Below are positions 50,229-58,939 of a stretch of DNA of 64,000 nt, piece after piece. Positions within the stretch are counted from its first letter, which is position 1; every line of letters starts with the position of its first letter. A program made the translations under genes and the position numbers. Under the pieces are notes generated by a model that did not search any database, was not told the DNA's origin, and saw only the letters and a program-made list of their open reading frames with translations. The DNA comes from Clostridia bacterium (GTDB lineage Bacteria; Bacillota; Clostridia; Christensenellales; CAG-138): assembly GCA_036654235.1 (NCBI GenBank), contig JAVVSK010000004.1, positions 21,259 through 85,258 of the forward strand, given 5' to 3'.

Positions 50229-51334
50229 TATTGACCTCCAGCAATTTTAAATAAATCTATAAACTCTTGTATGATTAAAAATCCCTTAGTATTTAAAGTA
50301 TAGTAAATCTTTCTATCGTTCGGATCTATCTCAAGACATACGCAGTCGCTTTCAATAAGCCTATCCATATGATGCGAAATCGTCGCTGGAGTTAGTTCCA
50401 TTGCATTCGATATTTCCTGTAAATAATGCTTTCTTTTCATTAGAAGCTTTAGAATTTTTAGTCTGCTCTTATCAGCAAATATCTTAAAAAGCTCTGCCAT
50501 AGCGTCAACGTTAAAACGTGCATTCGCCTTCCCGTCAGCTAAAATTTCAAAATACAAGCCTATTTTTAGATGAAAATTCAATGCTTCGGTAATATTCGCG
50601 CACATAGAGTTGAAAGCAATAATTTGGGTGTTCACGTTTACTGTAAGCGCTTCGTTTTCAATAAATTGCGACATACCCATGTTCTTAGTTATAAGTCTTT
50701 TTACCGTTTCGGGAACTAAGAGCTTAGAATTTGCTTTTTCATATTCGGGCTTTATAATATAAAAGCAGTCTTGCACTATCTGTATAACTTCGGTAAACAG
50801 CTGATTAAACCGAGGGAAAACCGCATTTCTATTAGAATAAAGATCTAGGAGCTTTAATTTATAGTCCGAACTTAGCTTAGAAGCTGCGAAATAAGAGAGT
50901 ACCTCTTCAAAGCTCTTTCCGCGCCAAGCGCTCTCGTTTTCATCACTAGCGCCAAGTTCGTTCGTAAACTCGTCAAGCATACAGCAAAGCATGAAGTCTA
51001 AAAGATTTCGCTCAAGCTTGTCTCCCGAAAGCATTAGCATTTCATCGGCTTTACAAAAGCGCATGAAATTTATAACTACGTTTGATTTATCAGGAGATAT
51101 AGCCTCGAAATAACGCGCAATATCGTTATATTTAAGCATTATTACGTTTAGGCGTTCTCGCGTTGCCTTTGAATATTCTATTATCGACTTTAGCATCGAC
51201 GAAGCCTCTACAGAGTCCATGCTAAATTTTTCCGGATTTGAAAGTATATTATCCAGAGAATCTTTATTTTGTGAATTTAAAAGCGCCGCCGCCTCAGATA
51301 GCCAATCCGGTTCTTTTAAAATATCGATTATCAT
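50228..51334 (-). CDS. Large ArsR-family regulator with C-terminal winged HTH
   Basis: FKIFADKSRLKILKLL...ELTPATISHHM at the C-terminus; start moved to ATG 51334 after the GGGGGT RBS. Confidence 0.8.
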   Translation of the reverse strand: MIIDILKEPDWLSEAAALLNSQNKDSLDNILSNPEKFSMDSVEASSMLKSIIEYSKATRERLNVIMLKYNDIARYFEAISPDKSNVVINFMRFCKADEMLMLSGDKLERNLLDFMLCCMLDEFTNELGASDENESAWRGKSFEEVLSYFAASKLSSDYKLKLLDLYSNRNAVFPRFNQLFTEVIQIVQDCFYIIKPEYEKANSKLLVPETVKRLITKNMGMSQFIENEALTVNVNTQIIAFNSMCANITEALNFHLKIGLYFEILADGKANARFNVDAMAELFKIFADKSRLKILKLLMKRKHYLQEISNAMELTPATISHHMDRLIESDCVCLEIDPNDRKIYYTLNTKGFLIIQEFIDLFKIAGGQ

Positions 51335-51359
51335 TGATGGCACCCCCTGTCTATTAGAT

Positions 51360-51409
51360 AGAATATCATCTTTCATATTCTTTGTCAATAGTTTTAGATG
51401 GCTATCTAA
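51360..51409 (-). promoter_or_regulatory. Sigma-A promoter with palindromic operator for the ArsR-ABC operon
   Basis: Minus strand TTGACA-17-TATTCT; palindrome TTAGAT-ggct-ATCTAA at 51394-51409; a further ATCTAA half-site abuts the -10. Confidence 0.6.
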
Positions 51410-51504
51410 TGTATTTTACCGTTAAAATTGAAAATATATTAAATTTGGAATTGAAACGATAAAAATAGTGTTTGACAATAGATTATTTTGCGTGTTATCA
51501 TAAT

Positions 51505-51572
51505 AGGCGAGCCGCTCCAAGACGGCTTATAAGCGTGTGTTTTTAGTCACACCGCCGTGTCTTGGGCGAGTA
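51505..51572 (+). promoter_or_regulatory. L21 leader-like structured RNA
   Basis: Directly upstream of rplU; CGCTCCAAGACGGC can pair with GCCGTGTCTTGGGCG around an inner GTGT/ACAC hairpin. Confidence 0.6.
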
Positions 51573-51597
51573 TTGAGGAACAGGAGGTGCTTTATTG

Positions 51598-51903
51598 ATG
51601 TACGCAATCATACGCACCGGTGGCAAACAGTATAAGGTTTCCGTGGGCGACGTTTTAAGTATTGAAAAGCTTGAATCGGAAATTGGCGCAACAGTCTCAT
51701 TTGATACTCTTTTAGTGTCAGACGGCGAGAAGGTTACAGTGGGTAAGCCTTTAGTAAACGGCGTTGCCGTAAAGGCTGAGGTTTTAGAACATGGCAAGGG
51801 TAAAAAAGTCATAGTGTTCAAATATAAGCCTAAGAAAAATTCTCGTAAAAAGAACGGTCATCGTCAGCCGTATACTAAGGTTAAGATAACGGCGATAGCT
51901 TAA
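51598..51903 (+). CDS. rplU: 50S ribosomal protein L21
   Basis: [14 protein letters not shown]...[11 protein letters not shown]. Confidence 0.98.
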   Translation: MYAIIRTGGKQYKVSVGDVLSIEKLESEIGATVSFDTLLVSDGEKVTVGKPLVNGVAVKAEVLEHGKGKKVIVFKYKPKKNSRKKNGHRQPYTKVKITAIA

Positions 51904-51912
51904 AAGATTATT

Positions 51913-52242
51913 ATGACAAAGGTTGTTTTTTTAATTAAAGATGATGCGCTTGTCGGCTTTTCAGCTCTTGGGCATACCGGATTTTCCTACGAAGGAACGG
52001 ATATTGTCTGCGCGGCTATTTCTGCGCTTACACAAACGGGGCTTATCGCTATAAGTGACATTGCGAAATGTTCATTTGAACATAGATTAAATAACGGTGG
52101 GCTTTTTTTAAGGCTCGACGGAAAAAACAACTGCGAGGCCTTGAAGAAAGCCGATTTGATTTTGAGAACCATACGATTGGGGCTCATCTCGATTGAAAAA
52201 AAATATGAAGAATACCTCAACGTCACCACAGAGGAGGTGTAA
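51913..52242 (+). CDS. prp: Ribosomal-processing cysteine protease Prp (YsxB)
   Basis: GH....[10 protein letters not shown] motif, located between rplU and rpmA. Confidence 0.92.
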   Translation: MTKVVFLIKDDALVGFSALGHTGFSYEGTDIVCAAISALTQTGLIAISDIAKCSFEHRLNNGGLFLRLDGKNNCEALKKADLILRTIRLGLISIEKKYEEYLNVTTEEV

Positions 52243-52244
52243 AT

Positions 52245-52541
52245 ATGTTTGAAATGAATCTACAGTTATTCGCCCATAAAAAGGGCGTTGGAAGCTCGAG
52301 AAACGGGCGCGACAGCGAAAGCAAGCGCCTTGGACTAAAGCGTGCCGATGGGCAGTTCGTGCTCGCCGGTAATATTCTGGTTCGCCAGAGGGGAACGCAT
52401 TTTCATCCGGGCAACAATGTCGGAATCGGCAAGGATGATACTCTGTTCGCTCTTAAAGACGGAGTTATGCGATTTGAACGCAAGGATAAGGTTCGCCAAC
52501 AGGTAAGCGTTTATCCTATCGACGAAGCGGCAAACGCATAA
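52245..52541 (+). CDS. rpmA: 50S ribosomal protein L27 with Prp-cleaved N-terminal extension
   Basis: MFEMNLQLF|[15 protein letters not shown]. Confidence 0.98.
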   Translation: MFEMNLQLFAHKKGVGSSRNGRDSESKRLGLKRADGQFVLAGNILVRQRGTHFHPGNNVGIGKDDTLFALKDGVMRFERKDKVRQQVSVYPIDEAANA

Positions 52542-52559
52542 AGCCTATTTTATAATTTT

Positions 52560-52594
52560 AAGAACTGCTTTTTTAAAAAGCAGTTCTTTTTTTT
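52560..52594 (+). terminator. Intrinsic terminator after rpmA
   Basis: AAGAACTGCTTTT...AAAAGCAGTTCTT followed by a T run. Confidence 0.75.
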
Positions 52595-52655
52595 GCATAA
52601 AAAATATTTTTTTTGCAGATGCTAATGGCAAAAAGCGAAGGGAGAATAATTTTAT

Positions 52656-52865
52656 ATGGATATTGTAGCATTGATAATTATGATAATAGGTGCGCTAAAC
52701 TGGGGTCTTATCGGTATATTCCAATTTGATCTTGTCGCGACAATTTGCGGCGGAATGGCGGGCGTTGTCTCGCGTATAATTTATACAATAGTTGGTTTAG
52801 CGGGACTTTGGGGTATAACGATGCTCTTTAGACGTGGCTGGAAGAAACATGATCCGAACGAATAA
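52656..52865 (+). CDS. DUF378 (YuzA-like) small membrane protein
   Basis: IIGALNWGLIGIFQFDLVA...RIIYTIVGLAG; a GCATA-N18-GATGCTA forespore-sigma-like promoter precedes it. Confidence 0.88.
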   Translation: MDIVALIIMIIGALNWGLIGIFQFDLVATICGGMAGVVSRIIYTIVGLAGLWGITMLFRRGWKKHDPNE

Positions 52866-52911
52866 GGGTTATTAAGGCTAATTCCTAAGAATATCGTTAA
52901 AAAAACTATAC

Positions 52912-52956
52912 AAAACGGGAATGGTACAAAATTAGGCAATGTATCATTCCCGTTTT
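52912..52956. terminator. Bidirectional terminator between DUF378 and rnhA
   Basis: AAAACGGGAATGGTACA...TGTATCATTCCCGTTTT. Confidence 0.7.
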
Positions 52957-52970
52957 ACTTTGAATTTAAG

Positions 52971-53414
52971 TCAGCGATCCTTTAGTTTATCTATTTCAGC
53001 GCGCGCCAAAGCATCGCACCTATTATTAAACTCGTTATCTGAATGTCCCTTTACCTTTACCCAGCTTATATTATGAACCTCTGAAAGAGTTAAAAGTTCA
53101 AGCCAAAGCTCTTTATTTAAAACGGGCTTCTTATCCACCTTTAACCAGTTGTTTTTTCTCCATGCGTTAACCCATCCGTCCCTAAAGCCACCGCATAAAT
53201 ATGCGCTGTCGGTGCATAGTTTAACGGAGCAAGGCTCTTTTAGAGCCTTTAGTCCCATTATAGCCGCTTTAAGTTCCATTCTATTATTGGTTGTCTCGGG
53301 TTCTCCTCCAACGACCGTTTTTTCAAAATTGCCATATGAAAGTATAGCGGCATATCCACCCGGTCCCGGATTTCCCGAACATGCGCCGTCGGTATAAACG
53401 GTGACTTCCTTCAT
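52971..53414 (-). CDS. rnhA: Ribonuclease HI
   Basis: YTDGACSGNPGPGG, TTNNRMEL, TDSAY, VKGH..NNRCD. Confidence 0.96.
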   Translation of the reverse strand: MKEVTVYTDGACSGNPGPGGYAAILSYGNFEKTVVGGEPETTNNRMELKAAIMGLKALKEPCSVKLCTDSAYLCGGFRDGWVNAWRKNNWLKVDKKPVLNKELWLELLTLSEVHNISWVKVKGHSDNEFNNRCDALARAEIDKLKDR

Positions 53415-54589
53415 TTTTTCTCCAATGATTTTATAGCGTCCTCAAGCCGCAAGAGCGCCGCCTCAAGTTCTCTCCTCGGCGCACCAACGTTTATCCGTTC
53501 AAATCCGGAGCCATTTGTGCCAAATATATAGCCCTCATCTAAAGCCAAATGCGCCTTATTCAGCATAAAACATTCGAGATCCGCATCATTCATATTTAGG
53601 GCACGGCAATCGACAAAGAGCAGATAAGTTCCCTCAGCTCTCACGCACTTTAACATAGGCAACCTTTTCTCAATAAAATCATAGCAAAAATCAAGGTTGT
53701 CGGAGAGGTATGAAAGGAGCTTTTCGATCCAATCGTCGCACTGTGTATAGGCAGCCTTCGTCGCAGCGCAGGCAAAATAAGGTATATTGCAGGAACCTTC
53801 TATATCTATTCTTTCCTGCATGCATTTTCTTAATTCTTTGTTTTTTACTATTATATTTGAACACATTAGCCCGGCAAGGTTAAATGTCTTACTCATAGCT
53901 GTGCAAATAACAGATATATCTTCCATGCCCGGTAGCGACGCAAAAACCGTATGTTCATGCCCTTTATAAACTACATCGCCATGAATTTCGTCGGCTATTA
54001 CAATTATCCCGTTTTTCTTGCAGATATCACCCAACCGAATAAGTTCGTCACGAGTCCAAACGCGCCCGACGGGGTTATGTGGAGAACAAAGTATTAAAAG
54101 TTTCGCATCTTTTCTTTTTGCAATTTCTTCCAAATTTTCAAAGTCCATCTCAAAATGTCCATTGTTATTTATGAGAGGATTTTCTAGAAGCTTTCTTCCA
54201 TTTAGCCGAATAGTATTCGCAAAAGGCGGATAAACCGGAGGCTGTATTATTATCCCCTCGTCTTTTTTCGTAAATGTACGAACCGCTATACCAAGAGCCG
54301 GAACGACACCCGCTGTAAATAAAACTTCGTCATGCGCAATTTTAAAATTATGTTTCCTAAGCATAAAGGCACAAAGAGCGTTCAAATATTCATCGTCGGG
54401 AATAGTATAGCCACAAACACCGCTTTCCGCCGCGTTTTTCAATGCGTCCTTTATAGGCGCGGGAACGGAAAATTCCATATCGGCAATGGTCAGCGGAAGA
54501 TAACCGAGACTTTTAACCGGTTCGGGAGCGGTAAGCCATTTCCACGAGCCCGTCCCTTTTCTATCAACTTTTTCGTCAAAATCATACAT
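53411..54589 (-). CDS. MalY/PatB-family PLP C-S lyase
   Basis: IADMEF, LCSPHNPVGRVW, ADEIH, SKTFNLAG. Confidence 0.92.
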   Translation of the reverse strand: MYDFDEKVDRKGTGSWKWLTAPEPVKSLGYLPLTIADMEFSVPAPIKDALKNAAESGVCGYTIPDDEYLNALCAFMLRKHNFKIAHDEVLFTAGVVPALGIAVRTFTKKDEGIIIQPPVYPPFANTIRLNGRKLLENPLINNNGHFEMDFENLEEIAKRKDAKLLILCSPHNPVGRVWTRDELIRLGDICKKNGIIVIADEIHGDVVYKGHEHTVFASLPGMEDISVICTAMSKTFNLAGLMCSNIIVKNKELRKCMQERIDIEGSCNIPYFACAATKAAYTQCDDWIEKLLSYLSDNLDFCYDFIEKRLPMLKCVRAEGTYLLFVDCRALNMNDADLECFMLNKAHLALDEGYIFGTNGSGFERINVGAPRRELEAALLRLEDAIKSLEKK

Positions 54590-54737
54590 TTAATAATTCC
54601 CCCAAAGTAGCTTTATAGCTACATTATAACGCAAAATAATACATTTTACCACCCCTTTTGTCGTATATTAATACCGTGATAATTTTTTACGATTTTTTTG
54701 AAAAAATTTCTTTTCCATAGCTTGTACATATTTCCTC

Positions 54738-54766
54738 TCATAACTTTCAGTTTTGTGGACAAATTA
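54738..54766 (+). promoter_or_regulatory. Sigma-G-like promoter for the SASP genes
   Basis: TCATA-N17-CAAATTA upstream of the first SASP; SASP genes are sigma-G targets. Confidence 0.45.
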
Positions 54767-54799
54767 TTGTTGTAAGACATGCGAAAGGAGGAAATGGAG

Positions 54800-54994
54800 A
54801 TGGCGAAAAACCGTGTTTTGATACCTGAAGCTAGACAGGCTATGGAAAATCTCAAGTCCGAAGTAGCAAATTCACTGAACGTGAATCTCAAGCAAGGCTA
54901 TAACGGTGATATTAGCACGCGTGAAGCGGGTTCTGTCGGCGGCGAAATGGTAAAACGCATGATAGCTTACGCAGAGAACAACATGCAGAAATAA
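54800..54994 (+). CDS. Alpha/beta-type small acid-soluble spore protein
   Basis: LIPEARQAMENLKSEVANSL...YNGDISTREAGSVGGEMVKRMI; AAGGAGG RBS. Confidence 0.95.
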   Translation: MAKNRVLIPEARQAMENLKSEVANSLNVNLKQGYNGDISTREAGSVGGEMVKRMIAYAENNMQK

Positions 54995-55036
54995 AGTGTT
55001 TTGCAATTAATTTTTAGAAATTAGGAGGTGAAAATA

Positions 55037-55252
55037 ATGAGCAACAAGAACGCAAAGTCTAAGATTCAGAATCTAAAGACCGAGGTAGCCGGATCGATGA
55101 ACGTTAATCTCAAGCAGGGATATAACGGTGATATAACAGCGCGTGAAGCGGGTTCAATCGGCGGAGAAATGGTAAAGCGCATGATAGCTTATGCCGAAAA
55201 CAACATGAAAAACGGCAATAGCAATAATAACGGCAATAATATGATGAAGTAA
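55037..55252 (+). CDS. Alpha/beta-type small acid-soluble spore protein, second copy with Asn-rich tail
   Basis: LKTEVAGSM...YNGDITAREAGSIGGEMVKRMI; AGGAGG RBS. Confidence 0.93.
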   Translation: MSNKNAKSKIQNLKTEVAGSMNVNLKQGYNGDITAREAGSIGGEMVKRMIAYAENNMKNGNSNNNGNNMMK

Positions 55253-55436
55253 TGAACCGGGCAGGATTCTTTGGGTAAATTTTAATGGTAAAAAACCTAT
55301 AAAATCTCCCGAAGATTGCGGTGAGACGCCTTTTTAGGATTAATTTAAATCAGTGAATTGTTATCGCATAACCCCTCGCTCATTTTTGTTAATTCTACGT
55401 CTCACAAGATAGAGGGCGTAACTTTTTCGCTCTCAC

Positions 55437-55464
55437 GGGTCGCCGACAAAAAAGTCGGCGACCC
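55437..55464. terminator. Strong hairpin between the SASP genes and convergent trmL
   Basis: GGGTCGCCGAC-aaaaaa-GTCGGCGACCC. Confidence 0.7.
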
Positions 55465-55504
55465 TAATCGTTTTTAATTACGACCAAAAAGAAGTTCATG
55501 TAGT

Positions 55505-55966
55505 TTATTCAAGATTTGGAAAGTCAATCTGCCTCAGAGCCTCATATACCGCTATTGCGACAGAATTCGATAGATTTAAAGAGCGAAGCTCATTTCGCAT
55601 TGGAATCCGAACGGCATCGTCTTTCCGGCGGGTTAAAAGCTCAGGACCAAGTCCGGCTGTCTCTTTTCCGAAAACCAAAAACGACTCGTCCTTATATGAA
55701 ACATCGGTATACAATTTTTTCGCATGAGTCGAAAATAAAAATATAGAAGCGTCTTTGTACTTTTCTTCGAGTTCTTCAAAACTGTCATAATAATATATTT
55801 GTAGTTTATCCCAATAATCAAGTCCTGCGCGTTTTAAATTTTTTTCATCTACCGAAAATCCGAGAGGACGAACGAGATGCAGCCTCGCGCCGACGACAGC
55901 ACAGGTGCGGCTGATATTTCCGGTATTTTGAGGTATTTCGGGTTCAACAAGTACTATGTTTAGCAT
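55505..55966 (-). CDS. trmL: tRNA (cytidine/uridine-34 2'-O)-methyltransferase
   Basis: EPEIPQNTGNI, KRAGLDYW, FGKETAGL, RSLNLSN. Confidence 0.95.
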   Translation of the reverse strand: MLNIVLVEPEIPQNTGNISRTCAVVGARLHLVRPLGFSVDEKNLKRAGLDYWDKLQIYYYDSFEELEEKYKDASIFLFSTHAKKLYTDVSYKDESFLVFGKETAGLGPELLTRRKDDAVRIPMRNELRSLNLSNSVAIAVYEALRQIDFPNLE

Positions 55967-56062
55967 ATTAACTCCATAAAAATCACAAAAACGGGTTTAG
56001 AGAAAAGAAGTCTCCTAAACGCCGTTTTACATTACATATGACATTAAAATATATTTTAACAT

Positions 56063-56473
56063 TTATTTTTCTTTAATACTTAAAGCAATGCTTCCTAAAA
56101 CACCATTTATAAATTTATAAGCATCCGCATCGCAAAAAGTCTGCGCAAGTTTAACCGCTTCGCCGATAGATACGCTGGGCGGAATACTGTCCATATACAA
56201 AAGCTCATACACGGCTATTCTTAATATGCATAAATCAACCTTGCCGATTCTTTCTATAGTCCAGTCATGAAGATTTTCTACTATCAAATCGTCAATCTCG
56301 GAGGCATTCTCATCTATACCGGCTATAACGCTGTCCGAATACTTAAAATCATGTTTTGTTGGGGTTTCAACAATGCCGGACTTTTCTAAAACATTGGCAT
56401 AAGTATCCTCTCCGCCGACAAGCCTTGCAAAAGTCAGTTTCATCGTGATTTCCCGGGCTGTTGTACTGCTCAT
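56063..56473 (-). CDS. nusB: Transcription antitermination factor NusB
   Basis: WTIERIGKVDLCILRIAVYEL, EAVKLA, KFINGVLG; start at ATG 56473 after GAAAGGT. Confidence 0.93.
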   Translation of the reverse strand: MSSTTAREITMKLTFARLVGGEDTYANVLEKSGIVETPTKHDFKYSDSVIAGIDENASEIDDLIVENLHDWTIERIGKVDLCILRIAVYELLYMDSIPPSVSIGEAVKLAQTFCDADAYKFINGVLGSIALSIKEK

Positions 56474-56607
56474 TTTTAAATTACCTTTCAATGCGCAAAA
56501 ATAAAAAACCGAAACGAGCAGTCAGCGAAGGTTAAATATTCGCATTTTGCAGACCGAGAGCGAACAAATAAATATTTTTTTCGCTCTCGGCACCGGTTTT
56601 TCAGCGC

Positions 56608-56823
56608 TTAATTTTTTCTGAAAATTCTCCTGAAAAACTCTTTAACGCCGTCGCTTCCGTCTTTATCCAGCAGCATACCAAACAATGCGCAAAGACCAAG
56701 TACTAAAAAAACAAGAAGGGTGCGCCAAAAGTTTATTGTAAATATAAGCACGACAAAGATAACTCCAAGCACAACGAGTAGGATGGTCCATCTATATCTA
56801 ATAAAAAAATCTCTAAAGCTCAT
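56608..56823 (-). CDS. DUF2273 small membrane protein
   Basis: Two-TM small protein (FWRTL) in the conserved asp23-amaP-DUF2273-nusB order. Confidence 0.7.
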   Translation of the reverse strand: MSFRDFFIRYRWTILLVVLGVIFVVLIFTINFWRTLLVFLVLGLCALFGMLLDKDGSDGVKEFFRRIFRKN

Positions 56824-56833
56824 AATACACCTC

Positions 56834-57412
56834 TTAATTATTATCTTTCGTCGTTTTTTTGTCAACCGCCGAAGTATATATAATTGGGATTTCCTTAACT
56901 GTCAGCCCAACTTGATCAGATACGGCTTGTCTCAACGATATTCTTAATTTTTCGGTCAGCGCGGGCAGCTCTGTATCCGCTATTGGGCGTAGTTTAAGTT
57001 TAACCGTCATACCCTCCCCTTGATCACATGGACGAACGCGCGGGGTACAGGCCGCAATAAGCCTATAAGACATGCAATGCCGATAAACAATAGCAGTTAC
57101 GGCCTCTAAAGTTATCTCGGTTTTAGAGCCATCCTCCTCTTCATGTACGAGAATCGAATCTCTAGGGTTGTCCTCGTTGTTTTTTTGGAATGACCCTATA
57201 AACAAGCTTATCGATATCAACAATAAAATCATAAGTGCAATGCAAAATAAAACCTGCTTCGACGTATTATCAAGAGTGCCAACATTAATTTTATCGCTTA
57301 TAGTATCGAATTGTGTAGCTCCAATATCGCAGAGAAAAAGAAAAATACAGGACGCTACCACAACGAGAAGCAGTAAATAGAGAACAATCCTGAATTTCAT
57401 AGACAGTTTCAT
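56834..57412 (-). CDS. Alkaline shock response membrane anchor AmaP-like protein
   Basis: Two N-terminal TMs plus an Asp23-like C-terminal domain; follows asp23. Confidence 0.65.
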   Translation of the reverse strand: MKLSMKFRIVLYLLLLVVVASCIFLFLCDIGATQFDTISDKINVGTLDNTSKQVLFCIALMILLLISISLFIGSFQKNNEDNPRDSILVHEEEDGSKTEITLEAVTAIVYRHCMSYRLIAACTPRVRPCDQGEGMTVKLKLRPIADTELPALTEKLRISLRQAVSDQVGLTVKEIPIIYTSAVDKKTTKDNN

Positions 57413-57553
57413 AGATCAACAACACCTTTCAAAATCATTTGCAGGAAATCAATAAATCAAAACCAATATTTTATATCCACTATAAGCCGACACCCGGGAT
57501 TTACCCAAGGTCGGCTCATACACATAATTTAGAAGAAAAGCTAAGTGAAACGA

Positions 57554-57988
57554 TCACTTGACTCTGGGTTCTTGTTTTTCTTCCTTTTGAACTTTTTTTA
57601 CTGGTTTTTCAATCTTGCTCTCCGGAAAATTAATAGTCTGAACATATACGTTGACCTCTACAACGCGAAGTCCGGTCATAGTTTCAACAGCACCCTTAAC
57701 GGCTTTTTGAACTTCCTGACAAACCTCGTGAATTTTAAAACCGTAATCAACGCCGACGCTTACGTCAATAGCAGCTTCTTCTTTACCAAGCTCAACTTTA
57801 ACACCCTTTGTCATGCTCTTTTTTCCTAAAAGCTCAGTAAAGCCCTCGACAACGGTTCCTGTCATACTAGTTATTCCCTTTACATCCGCAGCCGCCAAGC
57901 TCGATATGGTTGCAACGACATCCGGGGCAAAGATAATACTGCCACCTTCGTAAGTGGTTACGCTGTTGACTTCTGTTTCATTTGCCAT
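57554..57988 (-). CDS. Asp23/Gls24 family envelope stress protein
   Basis: DVVATI..AA..VKG, KGVKVE, VETMTGLRVVEVNVYV. Confidence 0.93.
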   Translation of the reverse strand: MANETEVNSVTTYEGGSIIFAPDVVATISSLAAADVKGITSMTGTVVEGFTELLGKKSMTKGVKVELGKEEAAIDVSVGVDYGFKIHEVCQEVQKAVKGAVETMTGLRVVEVNVYVQTINFPESKIEKPVKKVQKEEKQEPRVK

Positions 57989-58110
57989 AACGAATTACCT
58001 CCTGTTATCTTTAATACTATTATATCAAAGATGAGGTCTTTTGCAAGCCTCCTGTGTGAAAAAATATGCAATTTATGAAACAATTGTGAATATTTTAATT
58101 TTTGTCACGC

Positions 58111-58156
58111 TTCGACAATGTTTGTCGTTGAAAAAGCACCTAAAAGACTATATAAT
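58111..58156 (+). promoter_or_regulatory. Sigma-A promoter with a perfect 0A box
   Basis: TTCGACA (reverse complement TGTCGAA) at 58111-58117; TTGAAA (58128)-17-TATAAT (58151). Confidence 0.65.
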
Positions 58157-58174
58157 TTTAGAGGAGGCATATTT

Positions 58175-58846
58175 ATGACACTCTTAATTTTAAGCGACTC
58201 GGCTAATCTTTTTGACGCTATAAATAAAGCGAATCCCGAAAAAAAATTTAAACTTGCTGATGACACCGAGACCGAATTATGCGATGCCATACTTTTCGAC
58301 GCGGATACAGAAAACGCTTTTTACAGATTGGAACGGGAAAAAAATCGATATAAAGGAATCCCTCTTTTTACGATAACTAGCGCCGGTACAACCGAAAATC
58401 TTATTGCACTCTCCGCCTTTGGATCGCTCTATACCTTCATTCGCCCTATTGATTGCGCCTTTATTCTTTCCAGGACGGAATCTTTTTTAAACGGAAGACA
58501 GCCACTGCTCTCGAACGCGGAAATTTCGGCAGAGGCTCTTTTAAATTATGTCGGCGTTAAACGCGAAGTCTTAGGTAGAAAATATTTAAAAAACGGAATA
58601 ATCGCATTAGCTCTTTCCACTGTAGATCTTACATTTATATACGAATACCTTTCCTCTGAATTTAAAGAGCCGTATTCAAGAATAGAGCGCAATATGCGCT
58701 ATGCGGTCGAAACGGCTTTCAATAAAGGCAATATATATGCACAATATGAGATTTTCGGATATACGGTAAGCCAAAAATCCGGCAAACCGACTAATCTTGA
58801 GTTTTTAAGCGCGCTTTCCGTTGCGCTTAAAGAAAAGCTCCTCTAA
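58175..58846 (+). CDS. Spo0A C-terminal-domain protein with a degenerate receiver-like N-terminus
   Basis: SRIERNMRYAVETAFNKG...IFGYTVSQKSGKPTNLEFLS matches the Spo0A DNA-binding domain. Confidence 0.8.
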   Translation: MTLLILSDSANLFDAINKANPEKKFKLADDTETELCDAILFDADTENAFYRLEREKNRYKGIPLFTITSAGTTENLIALSAFGSLYTFIRPIDCAFILSRTESFLNGRQPLLSNAEISAEALLNYVGVKREVLGRKYLKNGIIALALSTVDLTFIYEYLSSEFKEPYSRIERNMRYAVETAFNKGNIYAQYEIFGYTVSQKSGKPTNLEFLSALSVALKEKLL

Positions 58847-58939
58847 AAAGGTGATATAGGCGATATATTTAAACACCTTATAAAAGTTAAAAACAGATAA
58901 ATTTGTTAAACTTTTTCTGTCTTTTTTCTTTTATAATAT

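Noticed and set aside
52245-52275. Unusual N-terminal extension on L27
   Set aside because: Known Firmicute feature removed by the adjacent Prp protease.
58175-58846. Calling this gene spo0A
   Set aside because: Receiver is shortened and degenerate and identity to canonical Spo0A motifs is visibly low.
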